DNA from: Macrostomum lignano
Lineage: Eukaryota
Direction: 5' to 3'
Assembly (NCBI GenBank): GCA_002269645.1
Contig: NIVC01000255.1
Location: 1-64,000, forward strand
DNA length: 64,000 nucleotides
A program made the translations under genes and the position numbers. The notes beneath the pieces were generated by a model that saw nothing but the letters and a program-made list of their open reading frames with translations, made no database searches and was not told the origin of the DNA. Below, one piece after another: positions 36,638 through 48,463 of this stretch. Positions within the stretch are counted from its first letter, which is position 1; each line of letters starts with the position of its first letter.

Positions 36638-39530
36638 ACAAATATCTAGAGAATACCTTCGGTGATAGTGAGTCAGACAGCTCTAACCCCGCTGCCCTAG
36701 GGCTTAAGATTGCCCATCTCAATTGCAGGGGGATTATACCAAAGCTAAAAGAACTCAGGCTCTGGGTCTCAGACCAAAAGCTGGATATTGCTCTGTTTTC
36801 TGAGACCATCCTAAAAAATACCCAAGTATGCACTTTTCCGGGCTATGCTGCAGTGCGGTTTGACCTTCCGAACACGAACCGTGGACTCCTCCTTGTGCAC
36901 ACCCCTCGAGTAAAGGTAGCCGACGTCCAGCTCTCGTATGACAACGTCAACCATGAGGTCCTCACCTGCACAGTCACTCCTGTGGCGCCCCCGCGCATGT
37001 CCACCTTTCCAATTATCCCTGGTCTATCGGTTCCCATCGCCGGACAACCTTGACACCGGTCTTTTGACGAGGCTGTCTTCGGCCAAGTATTCGCTCATCA
37101 TGGGAGACCTAAATGCTAGACACAGCTTCTTAGGGGGCGAAAGTCGCAATAACAGAGCAGGACAGCAGCTCCACGATTGGCTCTGTGGCAATCCATCCCA
37201 ACGCCCTACCGTTCTCAACCAACCAGGCCAGTTTACTAGAATAGCCCATCGGCAAGGCGTTGTGTCCCGGAATGTGCTTGACCTTGGGTTAGCCTCCGGT
37301 GACCTCGTCTCATATGTTCAAGACTTTAAAGTGGGCTCTGACCTGGACAGTGACCATCTCCCAATTATACTCACGCTAGCGAGCAACTCCCCAGATTGGC
37401 AAGGGCCGGAGAAGGCCCGAAATTTTGCCAAAGCTAACTGGGAAGAGTTCCAAAACTCCCTGATGGAAAAGCTGGTACATGCGTGGCCTCCAGACCTTAG
37501 CACTAGGCAGCAGATTGATGCGGAGGTCGACCTCATCACAAACGCAATCCAGAAAACCATTGAGGAAAATGTCCCGGTCAGAAAAGGCCGTAGAGCACTC
37601 CCCCAAAGGATCATTGCTATGATCAAGGAGAGGAGAAAGCTCCGGCGTCTGTATCACAGTACCAGGGACGATAACTTTGGGCTGCTTGCGAATAGGAAGG
37701 CGAAGGAGATTAAAAGCGCTATCCATTCGTTTGAGCAGGGCCAGTTTACCCAATTGTGCGAGAAAATAGTTGAAAAAAGTCAATGCCGGAATGTCAAGGA
37801 CTTCTGGCAAGACAAAAAAATTGATGGGGCGTAAAAAGGGCACCACTATTCCATTCTTGAACGATGGCGTCTCCCTCGCACATACTGACTCAGACAAAGC
37901 GGACATGCTAGCGAGTGCGCTAGATGCCAAAATGCGTCCAATCCCATCTACTGACGAGAATCTGAAGAAGCGGGTTGAGCAGGTCATGAAGCTCCCCCTT
38001 TTCAGACCTGTCCCTCCGGGCGCTAAACCGCATATGGGCCACCCCCTGGAGGCTCCGTTTTCTGTTACAGATACCCTCTGGGAGCTGGACCATCTGAAAG
38101 TCGACAGTGCTCCGGGCCTGGACAAAGTTCCTAACTGCGTCCTTAAGCATGGCCTAGAGCCCATTGCGGTTACCCGCATTACCAAACTCTTTAATGATTG
38201 TTATCGTACGGGCATCTTCCCATCGCAGTGGAAAAAAGCGGTGGTGACGATGATCCCCAAACCAGACAAACCGCCTGAGTCCCCGGGATTCTATCGGCCT
38301 ATCAGCCTGACTTCCTGCCTCGGCAAGGTGTTCGAGAAATTATTGGTGAGAAGGCTGATGAAACATCTTGAAGACCAAGGAATCCTCGGTGCGGACCAGT
38401 GCGCCTACAGGAAGGTCCACTCGACGTATGACAACCTTGTCCGACTCGTCCAGGACGTCCAAGTGGGCAAAGCTAAACTTAAACGGCTGCTGGCCATCCT
38501 CCTTGACGTGCAAGCGGCGTTTGACTCTGTGTGGTATGACTTCCTGCGGTTTAGAATGCACGAAGTTGACACACCAGATGCCCTTGTCAGGATCTGCTCA
38601 GACTATCTAGCAGAGAGGCTAATGCAGGTCAGGGTGAACGGAGCGCTCAGCCAACCGTACGCGCTACAGGCTGGCGTCCCACAAGGCGGCATTTTAAGCC
38701 CGTTCCTGTACCTGCTCTTTATCAGCACCATGCCTCGGCCACAACATCCAAACCTCAAGCGCAGCCAGTTCGCCGATGACATGGCCATCTGGGCCTCGGC
38801 GGACTCCTTCGCCAGCCTCAAGACTCTCCTGCAGCCCTACCTTGACCAGGTTTGGAACTGGTGTGGGGGACAGGGGATAAAGATCAACGCTGGCAAGAGT
38901 CAGGCAATCGCCTTTAACTACAAACCTACTCGCCGGCTCGATCTGCGCCCCAAGCTTAAACTGGGCGGCACGAATCTGGAATACTAAGAAGTCCGGTTCC
39001 TTGGTATGAACCTGGACTACCGGCTGACCCTCAACTCTCACGTAGAGAGAGTTGTCAGCCATGGTCGGGCGCTTGCCCTGTCGATCAATCGCATTGCAAA
39101 GCTCACCCGACTAAGCAGCAATACCCTAAAAATGCTATACAGGGCCTACGTGGAGAGCGTGCTAACCTATGGCGCCCCCGTGCTCAATATCATTGCACCC
39201 AGCAACCTCAACAAGTTGCAAAAAATCCAAAATCTAGCCCTCGGGATTTGCTACGGTGCCCCAAGTTACACGCAGGTGGCCTACCTTCACGAGATCGCAG
39301 CGATCCCCATGCTGGCCGACAGGCTTCGGGCCCTTGGAGTAGGATGGCTGACGAAGGTGAAGGCCGCCGGGCACCACGACTTCCATATTGAGCCTGAGCT
39401 CCCTAGAGCGGCTAGAAATCTCCTCCAGTGCTGAACCTTCTTTGGGACAGCCTAAAAAGGAGGCACGCAAATAGGTTAGCTGCGGCAAATGCGGCAGCCC
39501 GAGCGGCTAGAAACCCGCCTTGAGCTAACC
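36630..39530 (+). pseudogene. LINE B ORF2: APE + RT, broken
   Basis: HLNCRG, SETIL, MGDLNARH, SDHLP; APGLD, YRPISLTS, LLDVQAAFD, GVPQGGILSP, QFADD. Frameshifts near 36840, 37020, 37810 and 39420; stop at 38985-38987. Confidence 0.92.
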
Positions 39531-40313
39531 ATAGCCCCCCTCCGCTGCGCGTTAGTGCAGTGTCGAGTGAGCCAAAAAGAGGGCTTAAATGCTGCCAATT
39601 AAACATATAGGAAATAAAAGCGAGTGCTTGACTGGTTGGGGGGGGGGTCCCGCGATCCAGTTTTAAAATGGGCAGATCAAGAGAACTTTATTGCTTACCT
39701 GTGATCGCCTGAACCGCACCGCCGCTTTCTTTTACATTGCTTCCTATATTATTGTTAAACATAACTGTACATATCCAAATATCTGCACGCCTGCCTTTTT
39801 GCACCCAGGCATAAATGCGTTTTTATTCAGCTCTTGCCACTTTTTTACTCTAAAAAAATAACTTTTATTTTACACTACTAATGCTTTTATCTATGTTTTA
39901 CCATTGTACATATGACAAATAACTAACTAAATTATTTTATCACCTGGCTACTACTTACAGTAGTCATTTTCAATTAATGCCAATACTACTCTAAATTTTA
40001 ATCCAATAATGCTTGCACTACCCCTTACAGTATGGTCCAGATCTTTGTGAGGACCCCCCTCTATTCAGAAATTCCCCCTATTTTAGTGCAAAATAATCTT
40101 AACGAAGCCAAATGTAAATATTTTAAATCCCAACTCGAAATTCAATTTTTAATGCTTCGCCAACTAAATTCGTACATATAATTTATAATAAATCGGCAGA
40201 GCCCATCTCGGGCTGATCCGAGGGTGCCTAACTTACACCCATTCGTTTAACAACAACAAAAAACAATCTATTCTGCTATCCCGATAATTACTATTGCTAT
40301 CCCGCTATCCGAT

Positions 40314-41429
40314 ATGTCCGACAAAGCGAGAAACCTAGAGAAGCTGCAAGACGAACTCAGTTTAAGCCCCAGCGAAGAAGAAGGCGAATTAATTAGCGAC
40401 GAAGAAAATGAGCTGCCTATTCCCGACCGCAAGCAAACTAGACCCCAGCCTCCCAAACCAAGGCCTCGCCCATCCTCCGTGGTGGTGCGCCCACCGACTA
40501 GTACAACTCCCATGGATCGAGTCGACCTTCTAAAACGTCAGGCTGAAGCTCCAGTCCGAACGCCTCCAGCCACTTTGAAGCGCCAGCCCAAAGACTGCCG
40601 CTCTTCTATTATTCTACCTCCGGCCGAAACCCCTAGTACTAGTGTTATGAAGCGCCTGGGACCTCGTCAGCCGTCTGCAATTTCATCTCTCCGGCAACGA
40701 TCGAAATCACCCGCCAAACAGCCGTCAACAAGAAGGCCGCCAACGTCAACGATCTCAACTCCCCGGACGCGTGCTAGGTCACCAGTCAGGCGATCGACAG
40801 ACAGACGGCCGTTGGTCAGTCGGCAGCCATCATCAGCATCGCCGCCCCGTGACCCCCGGCCGCGATCCAGCTCGCCTAAGCAGCAGCCATCGTCAGCCTC
40901 GCCTAGGCAACGAACCAGGTCGCCCGCCATGCAGCCGCCAATCAGCCAGCCGTCATTGGTGACGCCACCGGCACAATATGGCCTGCGATCACAGCACCAG
41001 CCTATTGAAAGATCACCTGTCGCTCAAATTCCCCCCTTGATGGTTGATTATGTCGAGCCAAATCCTCTGGAGGAGATCAGAGGCGAATTCGGCATTGTCA
41101 TCCTTCATCTTTCTGAGAATCAACGAGAAGAATACCGCCGGTTGGCCAACAATATGAAGAACTACATTGTTAGCATGGGCCGTCTTCGCCTGGACGGTAG
41201 GCCTCTGCCAACCCGAGAAGCCCTAAAGCCTACGATTCAAGCTCTGCGCCGAATGCAGCCGCACCAGGCTGTCGCTGCTTGGAAACGAGCCGTGGCATAT
41301 GCCTTGCATGAGCTTAATAACGGCTGGGTCAACCGCGCGATGGTTCGAACTGAAGTCCTGTGGACTGGTCTAGAATGTGGTTGGCCCTACCACGATCGAC
41401 TACCGACTGCTATGATTCAATATATGTAG
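40314..41429 (+). CDS. Gypsy extra ORF (env position, not env-like), 371 aa, unknown function
   Basis: ATG-to-stop open frame between the pol remnant and the 3' LTR. Acidic N-terminus, about 200-aa Arg/Ser/Pro-rich region with RxxSP repeats, and a C-terminal region of about 120 aa that looks globular. No signal peptide or TM segment. Confidence 0.75.
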   Translation: MSDKARNLEKLQDELSLSPSEEEGELISDEENELPIPDRKQTRPQPPKPRPRPSSVVVRPPTSTTPMDRVDLLKRQAEAPVRTPPATLKRQPKDCRSSIILPPAETPSTSVMKRLGPRQPSAISSLRQRSKSPAKQPSTRRPPTSTISTPRTRARSPVRRSTDRRPLVSRQPSSASPPRDPRPRSSSPKQQPSSASPRQRTRSPAMQPPISQPSLVTPPAQYGLRSQHQPIERSPVAQIPPLMVDYVEPNPLEEIRGEFGIVILHLSENQREEYRRLANNMKNYIVSMGRLRLDGRPLPTREALKPTIQALRRMQPHQAVAAWKRAVAYALHELNNGWVNRAMVRTEVLWTGLECGWPYHDRLPTAMIQYM

Positions 41430-41568
41430 TGACTGAATCTGATATGCTATCATGTTACTGACATTAGTGTGTAACGTTTTTGAAAAATTCTCCCGCACTT
41501 TTTTTAAAAATTTTTTGCTATTTTTCACGCGCATGTTTTTTTCGAATTTTTCTTTTAGGAAAGCCAAT

Positions 41569-42507
41569 TGAAGTAGCTAAAATCCTATTATATACTGTAT
41601 GTTACGTATTTCACGCATGTAATTCTGCCTTTTCCTTTTAGTGTATTCGTAAACTCAATTAATACTATGCACTAAATATGTACGCCTACATCTTTTATTT
41701 TGCCTTAACAAAGAATTCAGTGAGAAAATATTGTTATAATGTATCCGCCATTTTTGTAAAATTTACTATATAAGCAAGAAAATATACGGTAGGAAAGATA
41801 ACTTTCTCCGCTTGGTTTGCCACGTGGCTCCAACACTCATATCCTGAGCAGTTGTGCTAAAAATAGAACTTAGTATTCGTCAGTCTTCCCTCCTTTTCTT
41901 AGAGGAGCGTACAGTAGAGACGCACAGCCACTCCCTTCCCTTCCTCACCGCGAGCGCTCCCCGGAACGATCCGAGCCCGCACATACCCCCCCCCTTGGAC
42001 GTGCAGTAATCCCAAGAAGCCCTCCCCACTCTACCCCAGGCATAGCGATTGCCAAGTCACTGCCCGCCCCGACTAATTGTCCCTTAATATTAGACGTCTG
42101 ATTCCGCTACTTAATTCCCAATGAAGCAAACTGCCCTCCCCGCCAGCATTCCCCATTAACCACTAGAATTCCCCATTAGCGCACCAGGCAACTCTAATCC
42201 ATCGCGAAGCCCTTACCCCCCCCCATTTATATTTCCCTGGACTGAGTAGAAAATTTTGTCTTGCCGCTCGGATACATCACGCCACCAGGAGCAACCTAAG
42301 GCTTACTCCTATCAGTAGTAGAAATTGCGTATTTTCTTTAAATCCCAAGAGACCCTCGAAATTCCCTGCAATAATTTGATAAAATAAAGTTAATACCCCC
42401 CGACCCCTGTAACAAATTTGGTGGAATTTTAGTGAAAAGCAAAAGACACTATCACAAATTTGGTGTCAGTAATAGGATAAACTTACCTCCCTCACGACCC
42501 TACAACA
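41569..42507 (+). repeat. Gypsy 3' LTR
   Basis: Matches 32745-33683; preceded by a short purine run AGGAAAG and followed by TSD CTTG. Confidence 0.95.
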
Positions 42508-42859
42508 CTTGCCTTAATTTAAGCTATTATGAAGCAAAGCTAAGGCCTAATGTCCATTTTTTTATTTGAAAGCTTTATGTTTAATTTTTTTGACTCAAAT
42601 ATATAGAATTCTTTTAAAAAATATATAACATTTTTAGAAAGACAAGTCATTAATTCGTAAGGCCTAATAATACTTGTAGATACAAATTTACTAGATATAT
42701 AAAATTTTATATAAATACAATATAAATGATCTAATACACTTAAAGACAAAATAACATTTGATGATAATCCATTAGCTAATTGCTTTTACCTTAACTTTAA
42801 AACTTTACCTAGACAATTCGGCTTCTAGAGAATGTAGTAAACGAACTATTCAACGGCAT

Positions 42860-44780
42860 TTGAAAAGAAGCTATCTAGAAGCTGCTTCTGGGCAAGAAAA
42901 CTACTTAGAAATTGAAATGCTTGACATTCAATGTGCTAGGCCTATGGTCATGGAGTCTAATGTGCCTCAGTTAGAGCAAATGTGTGAGCTCCCTAATGAT
43001 AATTCATTGGATAATGGTAAGTTTTTCCCAGTTTTTACTTTCGTAAATAGTTCTTTTCTTAATGGTCTGCATTGTGCATTTTATAGCTGTTTACAATTAA
43101 ATGAAAGCTATTTGAAGTATTATACAAAACTTTAGTAGAAAAGAAACTTTTTCAATCTAATTTTGTATTCTGTATCTTACCTTTTGGGCTTTATGAGTCT
43201 TAACTATTTCTCAAATCAATTTCTCTACTGAGTCTGAAGACAATGGTGTTGATGACCAATGTGCAAGGCTAGAAGATTTGCTTTGTGACTGGGCTAATAC
43301 AACTGGACCAGAAATGTGTGAATTATCTACTTAAAAGTTTGCAATAAGAATTTCCAGGTCTTGCTTCTGACTACCGCTCACTATTAAAAACACATAGGAA
43401 GCTCCATTTTCGTTCTGTGTATCCTGGACATTACTATCATTTTGGGTAAAAGCTGGACTTGACTTCTTATTTATGCATTCTATTGCCCATTCTTGCCAGA
43501 ATTTAGAGTTACATCTTTTTATTGATGGAGCCAAAGTGCACCATAGCACAACATACACAATGTGGCCTATACTAGCTAGAATTTCAAATTTGCCTCCATA
43601 CATGCGCAACTGCTGGCCGACCTGGCCGATCTGGCCACTGTAAATTGTGGTGGACCAGGGGTAAGTCGCAAAAATGCCCAACCTAAAGAATACAGACGGA
43701 GTACTAATTAGATGACGAGGCATTTAGCCCTAATAAGACAGTCATAGTTACTCCTGCCGTTTACCCAAAATTGCGTTAAGGTTTCTTGTACAGGTAAGTC
43801 GCATTTTTGGTCGAAAAGTAAGTCGCATGGCCAGTGTAAATCAGGGGGGTTGCGCATGTATGTTTGCCTCACTCTGTCTTTAATGTTGGCTTGTACTCGT
43901 ATTATGGAACAGGCAAGCCTCAATCTGCAACAGATTTTTTATTTGACTGTATTAATGAGTTGAATGATTTAATGACCAATGGCTATGTTATTAGTGTTGC
44001 ATCTGAATGAAATTCAATTCTCCCATTCAGACTCTATGATTACCTGTGATTCACCAGCACGCAGTTTTGTTAAAGGCACAAAGGCATGTTGTGGCTATTT
44101 AGGGTGTGATAAGTGTACTGTTGAGGGGGAATATTGTGATGGAAGAGTAACATTTGCTAATCTGCATGCTACATTGCGAACAGATATTGGTTTTAGATCT
44201 GATGAGTATCCCAATCATGTTCTGCAACAGAGCCCATTTTTATGTCTGCCTATTGACATGGTGCATGATTTTCCATGACCCCATGCACTTAATATATGAA
44301 GGTATTGTTTTGAAATGTCTTAAAAATTTTAGTCAAGGCCAGTTGCCACATTGGGCTTCTGGACCTCAAATTCGTCAAATGAGTAATGATCCTGTTTCTA
44401 TTATGGACTGCATCCCACATGACTTTGCACACCATTAAGCCTTGATCAATGGAGTGCTTAGGTCTGTGGAAGGCAACAGAGTTAAGGTTGTTCATTTGGT
44501 ATCTAGCACATTTTGTTCCTGTAAGAAAAGGTCCCAGATTCTTTGTATAACCTTTTTTATCATTCCATACTTTTGTTTTTATTTTGTCACACCCTATTGA
44601 GTATCAATCATATTTTGCATATCCTGAAGCTTTGACTGCTCACATTGTTGAAGAGTGTAAACTTATTTGGGGTGAAAAGTTTATTGTGTATACCATACAT
44701 TCAATCATTCATATCCCTTCTGAAGTGCAGCGTCGGGGTGCATTAGACAGTTTTAGTTGCTTTTAGGGCGAAAATTTTTT
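42860..44780 (+). pseudogene. CMC/EnSpm-type transposase, decayed
   Basis: GHYYHFG, LHLFIDG..MWPILARI, GKPQSATDFL..INEL, ITCDSPARSFVK..GYLGCDKC, DPMHLIYEG, WKATELRLF, WGEKFIVYTIHSIIHI..GALDSFSCF; multiple stops and frameshifts. Confidence 0.88.
43597..43862. mobile_element. 266-bp hAT-type MITE inserted in the EnSpm transposase
   Basis: Perfect 14-bp TIR CATACATGCGCAAC/GTTGCGCATGTATG; 8-bp TSD TTTGCCTC. Removal restores ISNLPHSVFNVGLY in frame. Confidence 0.93.
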
Positions 44781-44969
44781 TCGCTTCATCACTGTAACTT
44801 TGTAACTAATGTAACTTTGCTGAAATTTTTATTATAATTTATTAATTTTTTATATCTAGAGATTTTAATTTTTATTATATTGCCCTAAATTTTAAAGTTA
44901 TAACAGCAATTGTCTGTGCAGTGTCATACATCCATTAATTTATACATGTTTACTAATTTGCTTCTTTCA

Positions 44970-45800
44970 GTTTCAGTTTTTTCGACGGCTTTGTGGTAAA
45001 CAAGTACCGAAGTCCGTGTCCAAAATTTTCTATCGTCTTATAGACGATACTGTGGCACAAAAATTCAGTCTGCGCGGAGCTGTCCGGAGTGGAGCATCGA
45101 AGCACAGCTTTGAGTCTATAGGACTGTTACCATTCATCAAAAGTAAGCGATATTGGTTGTAGGCAATTGGTTGTTCTATTGGTGTTTTGTCATCTAGCTG
45201 GCTTGTCTGTTTCTGTTGTTTTACAGCCTTTGAAGATGAATCATTGAAGATGAATCATCTATTTTGCTATTTCCATATAAAAATTTTTTCAGATATCGTG
45301 TGGAGCTGCCACAAAGACGCTAAAAGTGACGCCATCGAGTCAGCCATTTCTGCTAACCTCCGCCAGGTGGTGACTTGAGAACGCCGCAAGAAGAAAACTA
45401 TCCTGGCGGCCGAGCGTCGTGCCATTCGTGGAGAAGGACACACAGGACACACACGACAGCGACGATGACAAAGAGGCGGACAAGGAAGATGAGCCCGACG
45501 AAGGCTTGGCGATGGATCATGCCCACCTTCTGTGGTGCCAAGCGGGCAGGCGTAAGCCTGGCAAAGAGACTCAGATCCAGGGCGACGGGAAAGACACTGG
45601 CCGGAACCGCTTGGAACTGTCCCAGGAAAACACCCGCAGCCGACAGAGTGGTCCCGGACCAACCACCCGGGGCACCTCTCAAAACCACACGATGGTGACG
45701 CGCCAAAACGTGCGCGGCCAGCTCGGTCAAAGCAGAAGCGCGGCAAGAAGAGACGGAGCCCGACGAAGCAGAGATCGACGAGGAAAAAGAGGCTGATGAC
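44970..45800 (+). pseudogene. DUF4806-like partner gene remnant with acidic tail
   Basis: SVSKIFYRLIDDTVAQKFSLRG..KHSFESIGLLPFIK, intron, then DIVWSCHKDAKSDAIESAISANLRQ. Same pattern as the 8-10 kb gene. Confidence 0.62.
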
Positions 45801-45882
45801 GAGGAAGAGGGGGCTCTAAATGATCTGGCAGCTGATGAAGACGTGGCCATCATTACTGATGGTACCGTGTCTCTATATTCTC

Positions 45883-46182
45883 TCTAGCTGACTCTCACTT
45901 CATCTAGCTGACTCCCTCACTGCATCTAGCTGACTCCCTCACTGCAACTAGCTGACTCCCTCACTGCATCTAGCTGACTCCCTCACTGCATCTAGCTGAC
46001 TCTCACTGCATCTAGCTGACTCTCACTACATCTAGCTGACTCCCTCACTGCATCTAGCTGACTCCCTCACTGCATTTAGCTGACTCCCTCACTGCATCTA
46101 GCTGACTCCCTCACTGCATTTAGCTGACCCCCATCACTGCATCTAGCTGACTCCCTCAATGCATCTAGCTGACTCCCTCACT
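45883..46182. repeat. 22-bp minisatellite (TCTAGCTGACTCCCTCACTGCA), about 14 copies
   Basis: Period 22, with a few 20-bp variants. Confidence 0.95.
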
Positions 46183-46589
46183 CAGTCTAATTGAAAAACA
46201 TTAACGACATTAAATTCACAAATACAAAGTATATCTGCATTAAAGCATCCCATTTGTCATTTGTGCATTTTCTATATATGCATTTTGCATAACCAAATAA
46301 TTACTGTTGGAACATATTAGCATTGACATGGTTTCTATAAAATTTTTCTTTTATTTTATTACCAGGCTGCAAAAAATGGCTACAGTAATGAACATTACTA
46401 AATAAGTTGATTATACACGCCATGCTACAAAGGTTGCACAAATTTTGCTATCTGGTTGATTTTGCAATGTTGCACATCAACATTCCTACAACATTCATGA
46501 GCGCGACAAATGAAACATTTCATCAACATCTTCTACTTGTTGTCATCAACATTCCTGCAACAGTGCTACAACAAACTTGGCACTAGGGG

Positions 46590-47110
46590 TTGATTATTCT
46601 TGAGGCCCTGGCATATGCTGCTGATGAGGCGACGTACAATTCAGAACTGCTTGAACTCCAGCAAACTGCAAGTGCAAAGTTCATGGATTACTTCACAAAG
46701 AATTGGCATCCAATCCGCAACCAGTGGGTTATGGGCCTCAAAGATGCATGCCTCAGTAATAATATGATGAATTGTGTCGAATCTTTAAATCAGAAAGTCA
46801 AGACCATAGTGCGGAAAAATTCTGGATTCCTACAGTTTTATTGAAAATCTGCTCAAGTTCATCACTTCAACAAGAATTCAGTGAGATGTTGTTGTTACTG
46901 ACTTTATTGTTAAAGCCTCTGTCCATCCTTTCCAGAAGGGTTCTGCTCAAATGAGCTACTTAGAGCTTCTTACACCTATTGCACTCAAAAAGATTATTTG
47001 CCAGCTAAATCTGGCATAAATTTCCGGAGACTGTCTCAACATTACGGCAGAAAGTTGCAGCTGCATTTTCTATAGGAGCTACCACCTACCATGTCATCAC
47101 ATTTTTCATA
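46590..47110 (+). pseudogene. MULE (ZSWIM3-like) transposase, 3' half with SWIM finger
   Basis: YFTKNWHPIRNQWV..NNMMNCVESLNQKVK; SWIM motif ESCSCIFYRSYHLPCHHIF at about 47045-47105. Confidence 0.8.
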
Positions 47111-48127
47111 TACAAAGTGGACTGGGGCTCATTTTGTAGAACCAGGCTTGTGCGCTTTTCAATGGACAAAGGAATTTAATAGTTTAAAAAAGCTTAGAGC
47201 TTAGACTATTAGGCTCATTTTACACTAAGCCCATTAGCTGAAACAATAGATATTATATATATTTATTTTATCTAATATTTTACTAAATTTGTATCCTTTA
47301 AAGTAGAGAAATTTAATGCATGGCACTGTGAAAATAACGCAAAACTTATTTATATAGTCCCATGCAAATAACAAGTACTATTGCACAAATATAATATCAG
47401 TTCTAGTATTAGTAATTGGAATTAGTCAGATTAGATATATAAGAATTAAGTTCAATTCTAAGTTCAATTCAATTTAGATACTAGATAGATTTAGTATTAT
47501 GAGCCCGATAAATTGAAGCAAATTTAAATTCAGCAAAAATCTTATTGGCTATAATACAAATGCCTAATCCTAATGGTTAATATCATTAAAAATGAATAAG
47601 ACTTAGAGAAGAGACTTATGGGACTTTTTGAACTTTAGGTACATAAATAAAATACTTCCAATTTTCCGATTTTTCTGAAACTTTCATTAGTCTTAGCGGC
47701 TGTTCAAAATAATAATAAAGCAAAAAAACTGCCAAAAGTTAACTATAGAGTTAACAGGAGCTCATTTGTTAATCCCCAATGTAATTAGTGATAATATGGT
47801 TGAAACAGTTTTAGAGAATTGTGTATTTGAAAATTGAAAGTTTTTTAGAATATTACCTTATGAATGTGTGCGACTTCAACAATTTAAGTAATTCAGTCTA
47901 AAATAATATTTAAATAACTCAATTTTTAATGTCACAGTAAGGACTTCCCTTTTTTTCTTTTATTCACTGAATTTGCTATGCTGCAGCAAAAGTGCCACGT
48001 CAATTAAGTTTTTTTAAATAATGCTGAATTGCGGTTCACTGCTTGTCCTCCTTTGCTGCTTTCTAATTCGCTGATCACTTGTCTGTCTAGCTGTACATCC
48101 CTATTGCAGCCAATGGCCATTTTCGTG

Positions 48128-48463
48128 GACGGCGTCCGGCGCGGATTGGCCTGGCGGCGGCTGGGCGCGCGGCGGCGGCGCGGTGCGTGGCGGCGGCGCG
48201 CGGTGGCGTGGCGTGTGGCGGCGGCGCGTGGCGGCGTGGCGCGGGGGCATGGGAGAGGGGTGCGGGGGCACACGTGGGGAGGGGCACAGAGGGGAGGCCG
48301 GGCGGTGCGCGGCGCGGCGCAGGCGGGGGGCTACAGGCAAATTTGGTGACAAACAAATTCGGCGACAGCAGCTTTTCTGTGACAAATTTGGTGAAAGCAA
48401 ATTTGGCGACGGCAGAGCCAATTTGGCGACAGAGTCACAGACTTTGTCCAATTTGGTGGCAAC
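48128..48463. repeat. GC-rich GGC/GCG tract followed by an AATTTGG(C/T)GAC array
   Basis: About 200 nt of more than 80% GC with G-runs, then about 7 spaced copies of AAATTTGGCGAC-like units; related AATTTG/CATTTCGTC units at 48838-49040. Confidence 0.75.

Larger units (their letters stand above)
35494..40266 (+). mobile_element. LINE B: 5'-truncated Jockey/I-group-like non-LTR element inside Gypsy RNase H
   Basis: Starts right after Gypsy ERPI; ORF1, APE, RT, long 3' UTR, 3' stem-loop and (AAC)n tail at 40194-40266. No TSD seen. Confidence 0.88.
32745..42507 (+). mobile_element. Ty3/Gypsy LTR retrotransposon, internally deleted
   Basis: Two 939-bp LTRs (TG...CA), 4-bp TSD CTTG, PBS, gag start, protease end, RT and RNase H start; integrase absent. 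Confidence 0.95.
31985..46589 (+). mobile_element. CMC/EnSpm-like DNA transposon (transposase + DUF4806), expanded by nested insertions
   Basis: TIRs CCCCTAGTGCCATGCTTTGTTG and (reverse complement) CCCCTAGTGCCAAGTTTGTTG; 3-bp TSD TTG (31982-84, 46590-92); subterminal CAACATT/AATGTTG repeats. Removing it restores the MULE frame DVL|IILEALAY. Confidence 0.85.

Noticed and set aside
35302-38821. Long antisense ORFs over LINE B (and similar ones over piggyBac and the hAT genes)
   Set aside because: Shadow frames of GC-rich sense coding sequence, with no independent motifs.
40194-40225. Kink-turn interpretation of the AG/GA internal loop
   Set aside because: The loop is symmetric (3x3), lacking the 3-nt bulge that defines a k-turn.
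40314-41429. Calling the Gypsy extra ORF an envelope gene
   Set aside because: No signal peptide, hydrophobic TM segment, furin site or Cys pattern.
42860-43135. Stand-alone host gene
   Set aside because: Lies inside the EnSpm TIRs directly upstream of recognisable transposase motifs; best read as a transposase N-terminal exon remnant.
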